The notes under the pieces: model-generated
What the model was told of the DNA's origin: nothing
The model's input: only the letters and a program-made list of their open reading frames with translations
Databases searched by the model: none
Shown here: piece after piece, positions 1-9,114 of the stretch
Position numbering within the stretch: the first letter of the stretch is position 1
Layout of the letters: the number at the start of each line of letters is the position of its first letter
Made by a program: the position numbers and the translations under genes
DNA from: Coriobacteriia bacterium
Lineage (GTDB): Bacteria; Actinomycetota; Coriobacteriia; Anaerosomatales; PALSA-660
Assembly (NCBI GenBank): GCA_036507895.1
Contig: DATCIG010000008.1
Span: forward strand, 6,189-70,188
Reading direction: 5' to 3'
Length of the DNA stretch: 64,000 nucleotides

Positions 1-319
1 CGAGGTCAAGGTGACCCTGCTCGCAGTGGATCCGGCGTTGATCGAGGCGTGCGGCGCCGTGTCGGACGCGGTCGCGCGCGCGATGGCCCTGGGCGCCTGC
101 GACATGATCGGAGCCGATTACGCCGTGTCCGTGACGGGTGTTGCGGGCCCGGACGGCGGCAGTGCGGAGAAACCGACCGGCACGGTGTGGTTCAGCGTTG
201 CCGGGCCGGACGGCGTCGATGCGCAGATGCGCCGCTTCCCCGGCGACCGGGAGACCGTCCGCACGAGAGCCGTCGCGACCGCACTGGACCTGTTGCGACG
301 TCGACTCCTGAACGCCTGA
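1..319 (+). CDS. cinA: CinA-family protein, C-terminal PncC-like (nicotinamide-nucleotide amidohydrolase) domain; 5' end outside the window
   Basis: The reading frame is open to the window start. The sequence ...VSVTGVAGPDGGSAEKPTGTVWF...RTRAV... is typical of the CinA C-terminal domain. It lies just upstream of recA, as in many Gram-positives. Confidence 0.75.
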   Translation, partial: EVKVTLLAVDPALIEACGAVSDAVARAMALGACDMIGADYAVSVTGVAGPDGGSAEKPTGTVWFSVAGPDGVDAQMRRFPGDRETVRTRAVATALDLLRRRLLNA

Positions 320-325
320 TCCGTC

Positions 326-910
326 ATGCCCGAGCGCTGCTTCCTCGCGCTTTCGCTCTCGCGACCCGTCGTCGCGTCACTCGAACGCGCACAGGCGGCC
401 TTCATCGCCGCAGCACCCGGCTGGGCGGGGGAGAAGTGGGTCTCGGGCGGCCTCCTGCACGTCACCCTCGAGTTCCTCGGCCCCATGGACGAACAGGGGA
501 CCGATACCCTCGTCCGGCACATGGAAGCGGTGGCGGCGGGCACTCCGGGATTCGATATCCGGCTGAAGGGTGTCGAAGCGGTTCCCTCGACGCGACACGC
601 ATCCATGCTGTGGGCGTCACTGCGCGACCCGGCTGGAACGGTCACCGGATTGCGCGAACGATTGCTCGCCGCCACCGCGCGTCCGTGCGAACCGGCGCGC
701 TTGTTCAGACCGCACATCACGCTGGTGCGCGCGCGACGCCCCCGCCCCGTGCCACCGGACGCCCTGAACGCGACGCAGCGGATCGTGTCCGAGGCGGGTA
801 AGGGGACGGATGGGATCATGTCAGTGCGGTCGGTTACTTTGTTCTCGAGCACACTGACGGCGGCCGGTCCGGAGTACCGGATGATCGCCATCGGCATGTT
901 GGCGCGGTGA
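326..910 (+). CDS. thpR: RNA 2',3'-cyclic phosphodiesterase (2H phosphoesterase, LigT/ThpR family)
   Basis: 194-aa ORF with the two H-x-T-x motifs of 2H phosphoesterases (HVTLEFLG and HITLVRA) at typical spacing. Confidence 0.8.
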   Translation: MPERCFLALSLSRPVVASLERAQAAFIAAAPGWAGEKWVSGGLLHVTLEFLGPMDEQGTDTLVRHMEAVAAGTPGFDIRLKGVEAVPSTRHASMLWASLRDPAGTVTGLRERLLAATARPCEPARLFRPHITLVRARRPRPVPPDALNATQRIVSEAGKGTDGIMSVRSVTLFSSTLTAAGPEYRMIAIGMLAR

Positions 911-922
911 GTCTTTCAACGA

Positions 923-949
923 TTGACACCGAACACGTGTTCGTATAGT
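923..949 (+). promoter_or_regulatory. recA promoter candidate TTGACA(923-928)-N15-TATAGT(944-949) with a LexA/SOS box CGAACACGTGTTCG (930-943) in the spacer
   Basis: Perfect GAAC-N4-GTTC palindrome (Gram-positive/actinobacterial SOS box consensus) about 70 nt upstream of the recA ATG. It is flanked by sigma-70-like hexamers in an AT-richer patch. Confidence 0.8.
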
Positions 950-1012
950 TTCATCGAAGCAGGATCGCCGGAACCAACGCGGCGGCCACGAGGCAACAGA
1001 GGAGCGAGACGC

Positions 1013-2173
1013 ATGGATCGCGAGCAGGTCGACAAGGTACTCGAGCTCACGAAAGAGCAGGTCGAGCGCAAGTTCGGCAAGGGCTCTCTGATGCGATTGG
1101 GCGAGCACGCCAACATCGGGTCCATGCCCGCCATCCCGACCGGGTCGCTCGCACTCGACGCGGCCCTGGGCATCGGCGGCGTCCCGCGCGGACGCATCGT
1201 CGAGATCTACGGCCCGGAGTCCGGCGGCAAGACCACCCTCGCGCTGCACATCGTGGCGGAGGCCCAGCGCCTCGGAGGCGTCGCCGCCTACATCGACGCT
1301 GAGCACGCGATGGACCCGGCCTACGCGGCCAAGCTCGGCGTCGACATCGACGACATGCTCATCTCACAGCCCGACCACGGAGAGCAGGCGCTCGAGATCT
1401 GCGACATGCTCGTCCGCAGCGGGGCGATCGACGTCGTCGTGATCGACTCCGTCGCCGCACTCGTTCCCCGGGCCGAACTCGAAGGCGAGATGGGGGACAC
1501 GACGGTCGGCCTGCAGGCCCGGCTCATGAGCCAGGCCCTCCGCAAGCTCGCCGGTTCCCTTGCCCGCTCCAACACCACCTGCATCTTCATCAACCAGTTG
1601 CGTGAGAAGATCGGCGTGATGTTCGGAAGCCCCGAGACCACGTCGGGCGGACGTGCGCTCAAGTTCTACTCCTCGATCCGTATCGATATCCGGCGCATAG
1701 ACTCGATCAAGCAGGGCACCGACATCGTCGGCAACCGTGTTCGCGCCAAGGTCGTCAAGAACAAGGTCGCCCCGCCGTTCCGGCAGGCCGAGTTCGACCT
1801 CATGTACGGCCAGGGTATTTCCAAGGAGGGCTCGCTGCTCGACCTCGGTGTCGAAGAGGGGATCGTCGCGAAGTCCGGGTCATGGTTCACCTGCGGCGAG
1901 GAACGACTCGGTCAGGGACGCGAGGCCGCGAAGGACTACCTCCGCGAGCACACGGAACTGCGCGACCGCATCGAGAGCCAGATCCGTGAGCGGCTCAGCA
2001 TCCCCCAGACGAGCGGCCTGACCGCGCCCATCGGCGCGGCAGCTGCAGACGATTCTGACGAGTCGAGTGCGGTCGCCCCGATCGCGCCGATCGCGCCGGT
2101 CGCACAGGCCTCACAGGGTGTCCCGGTCCCGAAGACGCCCAAAGCCGCAAAGGCCTCCCGATTCGCCAAGTAA
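1013..2173 (+). CDS. recA: Recombinase RecA
   Basis: Walker [10 protein letters not shown] and typical RecA core ([37 protein letters not shown]). I chose the start at ATG 1013 (MDREQ...) behind a GGAG, rather than ORF-track position 923, which overlaps the SOS box and promoter. Confidence 0.95.
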   Translation: MDREQVDKVLELTKEQVERKFGKGSLMRLGEHANIGSMPAIPTGSLALDAALGIGGVPRGRIVEIYGPESGGKTTLALHIVAEAQRLGGVAAYIDAEHAMDPAYAAKLGVDIDDMLISQPDHGEQALEICDMLVRSGAIDVVVIDSVAALVPRAELEGEMGDTTVGLQARLMSQALRKLAGSLARSNTTCIFINQLREKIGVMFGSPETTSGGRALKFYSSIRIDIRRIDSIKQGTDIVGNRVRAKVVKNKVAPPFRQAEFDLMYGQGISKEGSLLDLGVEEGIVAKSGSWFTCGEERLGQGREAAKDYLREHTELRDRIESQIRERLSIPQTSGLTAPIGAAAADDSDESSAVAPIAPIAPVAQASQGVPVPKTPKAAKASRFAK

Positions 2174-2211
2174 CCGACCTCGACCTCAACTTGAGGTGCT
2201 GTGTGTCCGTA

Positions 2212-2883
2212 GTGACTGAGATCCGCACGGTTCGGCGCGGCTCCAAGCGTCGGCTGGTCCTGCTCGATGACGAACCGTGGCGAATCGCGCCCGCTGATGT
2301 CCTTCGCGAAGCGGGACTGCAGGTCGGTGACACCGGAACAGACGCGGAGATGGTCGAGCGCCTCTCGAAGGTCGAGGGGCGCTCCGCACGGGATCGCGCA
2401 GTCCGCCTGTTGACGTACCGGGACCGCTCCAGTGCGGAACTCATGGTGCGCCTCGACGAGGATGGATACCTGCCGCAGGTCGCAGCCGATACCGTCACCA
2501 GGTTGCTCGACCTCGGGCTGCTCGACGATGACCGCTTCGCCCGCGCTCTCGCGCGTAGTCTCACGCGCACAAAGGGTCTGGGCAGGTCGCGTGCATCGCG
2601 GGAGATGATCGCTCGCGGCGTGGATCCCGATGCCGTCTCTGCCGTACTCGAGGAAGCTCTGCCGCCCGAGGACGAGGAGAACGCCGCACTGGCCCAAGCA
2701 CGCGTGTTCGCGCGGCGGGTGGGGGCCACCAGAGACCGCGTCGCGGCGCGCCTGATGCGAAAGGGCTACGCCCCGAGAATCGCCCTTTCGGCCGCGCGCG
2801 AGGCCTGTGAGGCGATCGCGGACGGGCCCGACGATGGGGGATGGGACACGGCTGATCCGCCCGCTGACGACATGCCGTTCTGA
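2212..2883 (+). CDS. recX: RecA regulator RecX
   Basis: Located directly downstream of recA. Three-helix repeat-like sequence (...SARDRAVRLLTYRDRSSAELMVRL...). The start is uncertain: GTG 2212 or TTG 2191. Confidence 0.8.
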   Translation: MTEIRTVRRGSKRRLVLLDDEPWRIAPADVLREAGLQVGDTGTDAEMVERLSKVEGRSARDRAVRLLTYRDRSSAELMVRLDEDGYLPQVAADTVTRLLDLGLLDDDRFARALARSLTRTKGLGRSRASREMIARGVDPDAVSAVLEEALPPEDEENAALAQARVFARRVGATRDRVAARLMRKGYAPRIALSAAREACEAIADGPDDGGWDTADPPADDMPF

Positions 2884-3022
2884 GACCGCCTCGACAGCCG
2901 TCGTCCTTGACCGCCGGCACCCTGCGCCGCTATTCTTGACCTCGGCAAATGTGATCACACCGAGCGGTGCGAACCGTTTCGATGTTGTGTATGAGGGACC
3001 ACGGGTCCTGAGCGTGGATCAA

Positions 3023-3043
3023 TAGGGCGCAGCTTGCGCCCTA
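3023..3043 (+). other. Perfect 9-bp stem / 3-nt loop hairpin (TAGGGCGCA-gct-TGCGCCCTA) in the recX-rny intergenic region
   Basis: Read directly from the sequence. Function unknown. Confidence 0.6.
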
Positions 3044-3091
3044 GCGGTGTATCCAAGCCGCAACTCCCGCATACATGTGGTGTCGCCTTTG

Positions 3092-3125
3092 CCGGACGCA
3101 TCGTCGTCCGGCTTCGTCGTTTCTT
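3092..3125 (+). terminator. Terminator/attenuator-like hairpin CCGGACG-catcgt-CGTCCGG followed by the T-rich tract cttcgtcgtttctt, inside the 375-nt leader of rny
   Basis: 7-bp GC stem (3092-3111) plus a pyrimidine/T-rich tail (3112-3125). It could end a recA-recX transcript or attenuate rny. Confidence 0.4.
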
Positions 3126-3258
3126 GGGCCGCCCGCTTAAGGGATATCGCCCGCGGCCTTCCCGAAAGGGAGCATCGACGACACCGGCCTGCGAGCGCCC
3201 CCTGTAGCAATCGATATGGGCGCACCTTCAGATACGCGCCCGAAGGGAGGGACCACGA

Positions 3259-4809
3259 ATGCCGCTAGTGACCATCATGATCATCGTTGTCGTAGCGATC
3301 GTAGCGATCGGCGTCGGCGTCCTTCTCGGCAACGTCTTCCGCAAGAACTTTGGGGAGAAGCAGCTCGATAACGCTCGCGATTCAGCGGGCCACATCGTCG
3401 CCGACGCCGAGAAGCAGGCCGAGACGCTTCGCAAGGAAGCCGTCATCGAAGCCAAGGACGAAGTGTTCAGGCTTCGCGCCGAGGCCGAGACCGAGGCCAA
3501 GGAGCGTCGCAAGGAGATCACGAGCCTGGAGAGCCGCCTGCTGCAGCGCGAGGAGTCCATCGAGCGCCGCGCGGAGTCACTGGATAAGCGTGAGCACCAG
3601 CTGTCCAGCACGGCCGGACAGGTCGAGAAGCGCGCGAAGGACCTCGAGGACGCCATCGCCGAAGAGAAGGCTCATCTCGAGTCACTCGCCGGCATGAGCG
3701 CCGAAGAGGCCAAGCAGGTCCTGCTCAAGCGCGTCGAGGACGACGTCAAGCATGACGCGGCCGCCATGATCCGCGAGGTCGAGGCGCGTGCCCGCGAGGA
3801 AGCGGACAAGAAGGCCCGCAACATCGTCGGCATCGCCATCCAGCGCGTCGCCGCCGACCACACCGCCGAATCCACGGTGTCCGTCGTTCACATCCCCAGC
3901 GACGACATGAAGGGCCGCATCATCGGCCGCGAGGGCCGCAACATCCGCGCCTTCGAGCAGATGACCGGGATCAACCTGATCATCGACGACACGCCCGAAG
4001 CCGTCATCCTGTCGAGCTTCGACCCGGTCCGTCGCGAGATCGGCCGTATCACGCTCGAGTCGCTGCTGGCCGACGGTCGCATCCACCCGGCCCGCATCGA
4101 GGAGATGTTCGGCAAGGCCGAGAAGATCGTCGAGCAGCAGGTCCACGAGGCAGGCGAGCAGGCGGTATTCGAAACGCAGGTCCACGGCGTCCACGCCGAG
4201 CTGGTCCGCACCTTGGGACGCCTGCGCTTCCGCACCTCGTACGGCCAGAACGTCCTCAAGCACTCCCTCGAGGTCAGTTACCTCGCGGGTGTCATGGCCG
4301 CCGAACTGGGCGTCGACGTGAAGCTCGCGAAGCGCGCCGGCCTGCTGCACGACCTGGGCAAGGCCATCGACCATGAGGTCGAGGGGCCGCACGCACTCAT
4401 CGGCGCGGAGCTCGCCAAGCGTCTCGGTGAGCACAAGGAGATCGTCCACTGCATCGAGGCCCACCACGGCGACGTGGAACCCTCGACCGTCGAAGCCGTT
4501 CTCGTCCAGGCCGCGGACGCCATCTCGGCGTCCCGTCCCGGCGCGCGCCGCGAGACCATCGAAAGCTACATCAAGCGCCTAGAGAAGCTCGAGGAACTCG
4601 CGAGCTCACACAAGGGCGTCGAGAAGGTGTACGCGATGCAGGCCGGTCGCGAGATCCGCGTCATGGTCAAGCCGGACGCTGTCTCCGACACCGACTCGGT
4701 CGTGCTCGCGCGTGACATCGCCAAGGAGATCGAGGACCAGATGGAGTACCCCGGCCAGATCAGGGTCATGGTCATCCGCGAGAGCCGCGCGGTCGACTAC
4801 GCGAAGTAG
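3259..4809 (+). CDS. rny: Ribonuclease Y
   Basis: 516 aa. N-terminal TM helix ([22 protein letters not shown]), charged coiled coil, KH domain ([15 protein letters not shown]), HD domain ([12 protein letters not shown]...IEAHHGD). Confidence 0.95.
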   Translation: MPLVTIMIIVVVAIVAIGVGVLLGNVFRKNFGEKQLDNARDSAGHIVADAEKQAETLRKEAVIEAKDEVFRLRAEAETEAKERRKEITSLESRLLQREESIERRAESLDKREHQLSSTAGQVEKRAKDLEDAIAEEKAHLESLAGMSAEEAKQVLLKRVEDDVKHDAAAMIREVEARAREEADKKARNIVGIAIQRVAADHTAESTVSVVHIPSDDMKGRIIGREGRNIRAFEQMTGINLIIDDTPEAVILSSFDPVRREIGRITLESLLADGRIHPARIEEMFGKAEKIVEQQVHEAGEQAVFETQVHGVHAELVRTLGRLRFRTSYGQNVLKHSLEVSYLAGVMAAELGVDVKLAKRAGLLHDLGKAIDHEVEGPHALIGAELAKRLGEHKEIVHCIEAHHGDVEPSTVEAVLVQAADAISASRPGARRETIESYIKRLEKLEELASSHKGVEKVYAMQAGREIRVMVKPDAVSDTDSVVLARDIAKEIEDQMEYPGQIRVMVIRESRAVDYAK

Positions 4810-4835
4810 AGACTCGGCTCGCCAACGAACGCATA

Positions 4836-4870
4836 CAACGAGCCGTCCCGTACGATGGGGCGGCTCGTTG
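4836..4870 (+). terminator. Strong hairpin after rny (14-bp stem CAACGAGCCGTCCC / GGGGCGGCTCGTTG, 7-nt loop)
   Basis: Seen directly. Located 27 nt after the rny stop. There is no clear U-tract. Confidence 0.5.
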
Positions 4871-4898
4871 AGCTTCCGCGAAGGGGGAGTGCACGTCC

Positions 4899-5420
4899 AT
4901 GAGCGTCGCTTCGAACATCGAGTACCGTGAGGCCGGCCCCGACGACCTTGCGGGCGTCCTGTCGGTGCAGCACGACGGTTTCGGCCGCGTCGCGCTCGAG
5001 TTCGACATCGATCCCTCCGAGCTTCCGCCGCTTCGCGAGGACCTGTCGGAGCTGCGGCGCGTGATGTCGGAGGGCACGTGCTTCTTCGTGGCGCTCGACG
5101 ACGGCCGCGTGGTGGGCACCGTGCGCGGCTCGCTCACGCCCGACGGAACCGTGGAGATCGGCCGGCTGGCGGTCAGCGCGGACCACGTGCGGCTAGGGAT
5201 CGGCCGCGGCCTCATCCGGACTCTGGAGCGCGCCTACCCCTCCGCGCGGCGCCTGGAGCTCTACACGGGCCGTGAGTCCCACGCGCCCCTGGCGCTCTAC
5301 CGCTCGCTCGGCTACACGGAGATGCCGTCGAAGCTCGACATCCCGTATCTCATCTGGCTCGAGAAGCCCGTCGCGGCTCCTACCGCCACCGACGGCGCCC
5401 CGCTACACTTGTCGTCATGA
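4899..5420 (+). CDS. GNAT-family N-acetyltransferase
   Basis: 173 aa with an acetyl-CoA-binding-type segment (RLAVSADHVRLGIGRGLIRTLE). The stop overlaps the next start (ATGA at 5417-5420). Confidence 0.75.
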   Translation: MSVASNIEYREAGPDDLAGVLSVQHDGFGRVALEFDIDPSELPPLREDLSELRRVMSEGTCFFVALDDGRVVGTVRGSLTPDGTVEIGRLAVSADHVRLGIGRGLIRTLERAYPSARRLELYTGRESHAPLALYRSLGYTEMPSKLDIPYLIWLEKPVAAPTATDGAPLHLSS

Positions 5421-6496
5421 CTCCCGACGACTCTCTCCTCGACTTCGTTTCGTCCGTCTCAGGCGACCAGTACATCAAGGTCGAGGAGACGCTCGGCGAC
5501 GGATACGTCAGGCTCAAGATATCCGAGGCCGAACGACGCCAGGCCAAACACGATATCCGTACGTTCGAAGACGTCGTCGTCGAGGTGCTTCGCAACTCTC
5601 GCGACGCACATGCCAGGCGCATCTACGTCGCCTGCAGCCGCGAGGCGGACACCCGCACCCTGACCGTGATCGACGACGGCGTCGGTGTGCCGCCCGCGAT
5701 GCACGAGCGCATCTTCGAACCTCGCGTGACCAGCAAGCTCGAAACGATGGTGATGGACCGCTGGGGCGTGCACGGCCGAGGAATGGCCCTCTTCTCGGTC
5801 CGCAGCAACGTCAGCAGCGCACACCTCGCCGCTTCAGACACGCACAAGGGCGCGGCGCTGGTCATCGTCTCCGACACGAGCACCCTACCTGAGAAGGCCG
5901 ACCAGTCGAAGTGGCCCACGGTCGAGCGCGATCCGGAGACGGGCCGCTATGCGGTGGGCACGGGGCCTCACAACATCGTCCGCGGCGTGGTCGAGTTCGC
6001 GGTGGAACACTCCGAGGTCGACGTGTTCTTCGGCAGCCCGACCGAGATCCTGGCGACGATCTTCGTCCACGCGCGCGAGCGTCTCGACGCCCGCCAGCTT
6101 CTGTTCTGTGACGACCCCGCCGACCTACCGGTCTGGCAACGGCCCGCAGTCGCGGGCGACGCGGCCGAAGTCGTCACGCTCGCCGCGTCCGTGGGACTGA
6201 CGATATCGGAACGGACCGCACATCGCGTGCTCGGCAGCGAACTCGGTGCCCTCGAAAGCGTTCTGCAATCGGTGCTGCCGGCGCCGGAGGAATCCGAGGC
6301 CAAACGCCCGGACATCTACCGTGACAGGCGTGGCCTGCGCATCCACCACTCCGACATGCGGGAGTTCCAGCGTCGGCTCGAGGAGGCCTTCGACGTCGTG
6401 AGCGAGAGGTACTACCTCCAACTCGCCGGAGAGCCGAAGGTCACTGTCGGACGCGATACCATAACCGTCAGGTTCAGCGTCGAGAAGGACGACTGA
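5417..6496 (+). CDS. Orphan GHKL-type ATPase (HATPase_c-like) with a possible C-terminal HTH; function unknown
   Basis: N-box EVLRNSRDAHA, G1 box VIDDGVGV, G2 box GVHGRGMA. I see no HisKA/H-box. A later segment (VVTLAASVGLTISERTAHRVLG) looks HTH-like. Confidence 0.6.
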   Translation: MTPDDSLLDFVSSVSGDQYIKVEETLGDGYVRLKISEAERRQAKHDIRTFEDVVVEVLRNSRDAHARRIYVACSREADTRTLTVIDDGVGVPPAMHERIFEPRVTSKLETMVMDRWGVHGRGMALFSVRSNVSSAHLAASDTHKGAALVIVSDTSTLPEKADQSKWPTVERDPETGRYAVGTGPHNIVRGVVEFAVEHSEVDVFFGSPTEILATIFVHARERLDARQLLFCDDPADLPVWQRPAVAGDAAEVVTLAASVGLTISERTAHRVLGSELGALESVLQSVLPAPEESEAKRPDIYRDRRGLRIHHSDMREFQRRLEEAFDVVSERYYLQLAGEPKVTVGRDTITVRFSVEKDD

Positions 6497-6632
6497 GCAG
6501 GGGACTCGTACCCGCCATCATCACCCTGCACCTGCGCTATACTGTCGGCGCTTCACATCGGGGCCAGCCCCGCATCATCGAACCAGAGCCGCAGCACACG
6601 TCGTAGCGATCCTCACCGCACCGGGGGCATCC

Positions 6633-6908
6633 GTGGAAACTCTCAAGGTGTCGTCGCACTCCAGTCCGAACTCCGTGGCGGGCGCACTTGCCGGAGTCAT
6701 TCGCGAGCAGGGTGCGTGCGAGATCCAGACCGTCGGTGCGGGAGCACTCAACCAGGCCGTGAAGGCCATCGCGATCGCGCGGGGTTTTCTTGCGCCGACC
6801 GGCGTCGATCTGACGTGTGTGCCCGCGTTCGCCGACATCACGATCAACGGCGAGGAACGCACCGCTATCCGCTTGCTGATCGAGCCACGGGACATGCGCG
6901 ATCGCTGA
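6633..6908 (+). CDS. spoVS: SpoVS-family protein (stage V sporulation protein S homologue)
   Basis: 91 aa. ...LKVSSHSSPNSVAGALAGVIREQG...IQTVGAGALNQAVKAIAIARGFLAP... closely matches the SpoVS family pattern. GTG start. Confidence 0.85.
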   Translation: METLKVSSHSSPNSVAGALAGVIREQGACEIQTVGAGALNQAVKAIAIARGFLAPTGVDLTCVPAFADITINGEERTAIRLLIEPRDMRDR

Positions 6909-6940
6909 GTCCGTCGCTCCCATGTGAAGCCGGGCGCCCT

Positions 6941-7765
6941 ATGACCATCGACCTCCACGTCCATACCACCGCCTCCGACGGGCTGCTTCGTCCGGCGGAC
7001 ATCGTCGCAAGAGCCCTCGACCTTGAGTTGAGGGTCATCTCGATCACCGACCATGACTCGGTCGCGGGGATCGATGAGGCGTGTGAGGCGGCGGCCGGCA
7101 CCACCCTTGAAGTCATCCCCGGGGTCGAGCTCTCCGTTCACGCCACGGGCGGCGGAGACGCTCACATCCTCGGGTACTTCGTCGACCAGCATGACGATGC
7201 GCTGCTCGTCGCGCTGTCCCGCCTGCAGACCGCCCGGTTCGATCGCGCGGTCGCCATGGTCGATGCCCTCCGGACGGCGGGCCATGCGATCTCGCTCGAC
7301 GATGTCCTCGGATACGCCGACGGGGGAGCCGTGGGAAGGGTCCACGTGGCGCGCGCGCTGGTCGCAGCGCGATCGGTCGACACCATCGAAGAAGCGTTCG
7401 CCGAGCTGATCGGCCGCGATGGTCCGTTCTACGTCCGGAAGGCGCTGTTCCTTCCGCGAGCGGCGCTGGACGCCATCCACGGCGCCGGCGGCGTTGCGGT
7501 CCTCGCACATCCGGGCGTGAGCGGCGAAGGTCCGCTGGTGGGCCTTGTCGCCGAGGGACTCGATGGGATCGAGGCGTACCACGCCGACCACACCCGTCCG
7601 CAGCGCGACCACTTCGTCTCCGTGGCGCGCAGGTTCGGGCTTATCGTCACCGGAGGTTCGGACTTCCACGGTCCCGGGCTGCGAAGCGCCTCTCTCGGCT
7701 CGGGTTCGTGCCCGCCCGAAGTGGTCGAGGCGCTTCGGGAGCGTGCTACCATCTTGCGACCATGA
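6941..7765 (+). CDS. PHP-domain phosphoesterase (TrpH/YciV-like)
   Basis: MTIDLHVHTTASDG...ISITDHDSVAG...HP... PHP motifs. Start refined to ATG 6941. The stop overlaps the miaB start (ATGA). Confidence 0.8.
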   Translation: MTIDLHVHTTASDGLLRPADIVARALDLELRVISITDHDSVAGIDEACEAAAGTTLEVIPGVELSVHATGGGDAHILGYFVDQHDDALLVALSRLQTARFDRAVAMVDALRTAGHAISLDDVLGYADGGAVGRVHVARALVAARSVDTIEEAFAELIGRDGPFYVRKALFLPRAALDAIHGAGGVAVLAHPGVSGEGPLVGLVAEGLDGIEAYHADHTRPQRDHFVSVARRFGLIVTGGSDFHGPGLRSASLGSGSCPPEVVEALRERATILRP

Positions 7766-9084
7766 GCACATTCCAAGTCCGCACCCTCGGGTGCCAGATG
7801 AACAAGCACGACTCAGAGCGGATCACGGGCATGCTGCTGGCGAAGGGCCTGACGCCCGCGCCGGATGACACCGTCGCCGATGTCATCGTGTTCAACACGT
7901 GCTGCGTCCGCGAGAACGCCGACGAGCGTCTCTACGGCCAGGTGAGTTCGCTCGCGGGTGTGCGCCGCGAGCGGGGCACGATCATCGCGGTAGGTGGATG
8001 CATCGGTCAACGCGATGGCGAGACGCTCCTGCGCACGCTCCCCGCCATCGATATCGTGTTCGGGACGCACAATCTGGCGAGCCTTCCTGCGCTGATCGAC
8101 GCGGCGGCGCAATCACCGGGACCGATCGTCGAAGTTCCCGATCCCTCAGCGGGGGACTTCACAGCAGACCTTCCGTCCGAGCGCGAGCATCCGTGGCACG
8201 CCTGGGTGCCCATCGCCGTAGGATGCAACAACTTCTGCACGTACTGCATCGTGCCCTACGTGCGAGGCCGCGAGCGCTCGCGTGAGTTCGACGACATCGT
8301 CGCCGAGGTGCGCCGTCTTGCCGGCGAGGGCGTGGTGGAGGTCACACTGCTGGGGCAGAACGTCAACTCATACGGCCGCGACCTCTACGGAAAGCCTCGC
8401 TTCGCCGAGCTCCTGCGCGCCGTCGCTGCCGCCGGGGTCGAGCGTGTGCGCTTCACAACGAGCCACCCGAAGGACCTCTCCGAGGAGACCATCCGCGCCA
8501 TGGCGGAGACCCCCCAAGTCTGCCACCACCTGCACCTTCCCATACAGTCCGGCTCCGACCGGCTCCTGAAGGCCATGAACCGCCACTACACACAACAGGG
8601 CTATCTGGAGCTCGTCGAGCGTCTTTACGACGCGATGCCCGACCTCGCCCTCACCACCGACCTCATCGTCGGCTTCCCGGGTGAGGATGACGAGGACTTC
8701 GAGCAGACGATGAAAGTGGTCGAGCAAGCGCACTACGACGCGGCCTTCACCTTCATCTACAGCCCGAGACAGGGCACTCCCGCCGCGGCGATGGACGGAC
8801 AGGTCCCGAAGGAGGCGACCCAGCCGCGCTTCGAGCGCCTCGTGACCGCGATCCAGGCATCGGCGCTGGCGAAGAATCTTCCGCTCGTCGGCACGACCAT
8901 GCGGGTGCTCGTCGAGGGCCCGAGCAAACGCAACGCATCGGTTCTCATCGGTCGCACAGGGACGAACAAGGTCGTACACGCTCCCACGGGAGACGGCAGA
9001 TCGGCCGAGGACTACGCGGGGACATTCGTCGATGTTCGGATCGACGATGCTCAGACGTGGTTCTTGATGGGTACGCTCATCTAG
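7762..9084 (+). CDS. miaB: tRNA-2-methylthio-N6-dimethylallyladenosine synthase MiaB (radical SAM methylthiotransferase)
   Basis: N-terminal UPF0004 cysteines (TLGCQMNKHDSE, FNTCCVRE), radical-SAM CNNFCTYC, C-terminal TRAM-like end. Start at ATG 7762. Confidence 0.9.
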   Translation: MSTFQVRTLGCQMNKHDSERITGMLLAKGLTPAPDDTVADVIVFNTCCVRENADERLYGQVSSLAGVRRERGTIIAVGGCIGQRDGETLLRTLPAIDIVFGTHNLASLPALIDAAAQSPGPIVEVPDPSAGDFTADLPSEREHPWHAWVPIAVGCNNFCTYCIVPYVRGRERSREFDDIVAEVRRLAGEGVVEVTLLGQNVNSYGRDLYGKPRFAELLRAVAAAGVERVRFTTSHPKDLSEETIRAMAETPQVCHHLHLPIQSGSDRLLKAMNRHYTQQGYLELVERLYDAMPDLALTTDLIVGFPGEDDEDFEQTMKVVEQAHYDAAFTFIYSPRQGTPAAAMDGQVPKEATQPRFERLVTAIQASALAKNLPLVGTTMRVLVEGPSKRNASVLIGRTGTNKVVHAPTGDGRSAEDYAGTFVDVRIDDAQTWFLMGTLI

Positions 9085-9114
9085 CGAGGCCGAATACCCG
9101 ATCCGCGGGAGGGA

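Noticed and set aside
5272-5892. 206-aa Arg-rich ORF overlapping the GNAT/GHKL junction.
   Set aside because: It is an alternative frame of two genes with clear motifs, and its composition is typical of an out-of-frame GC-rich translation.
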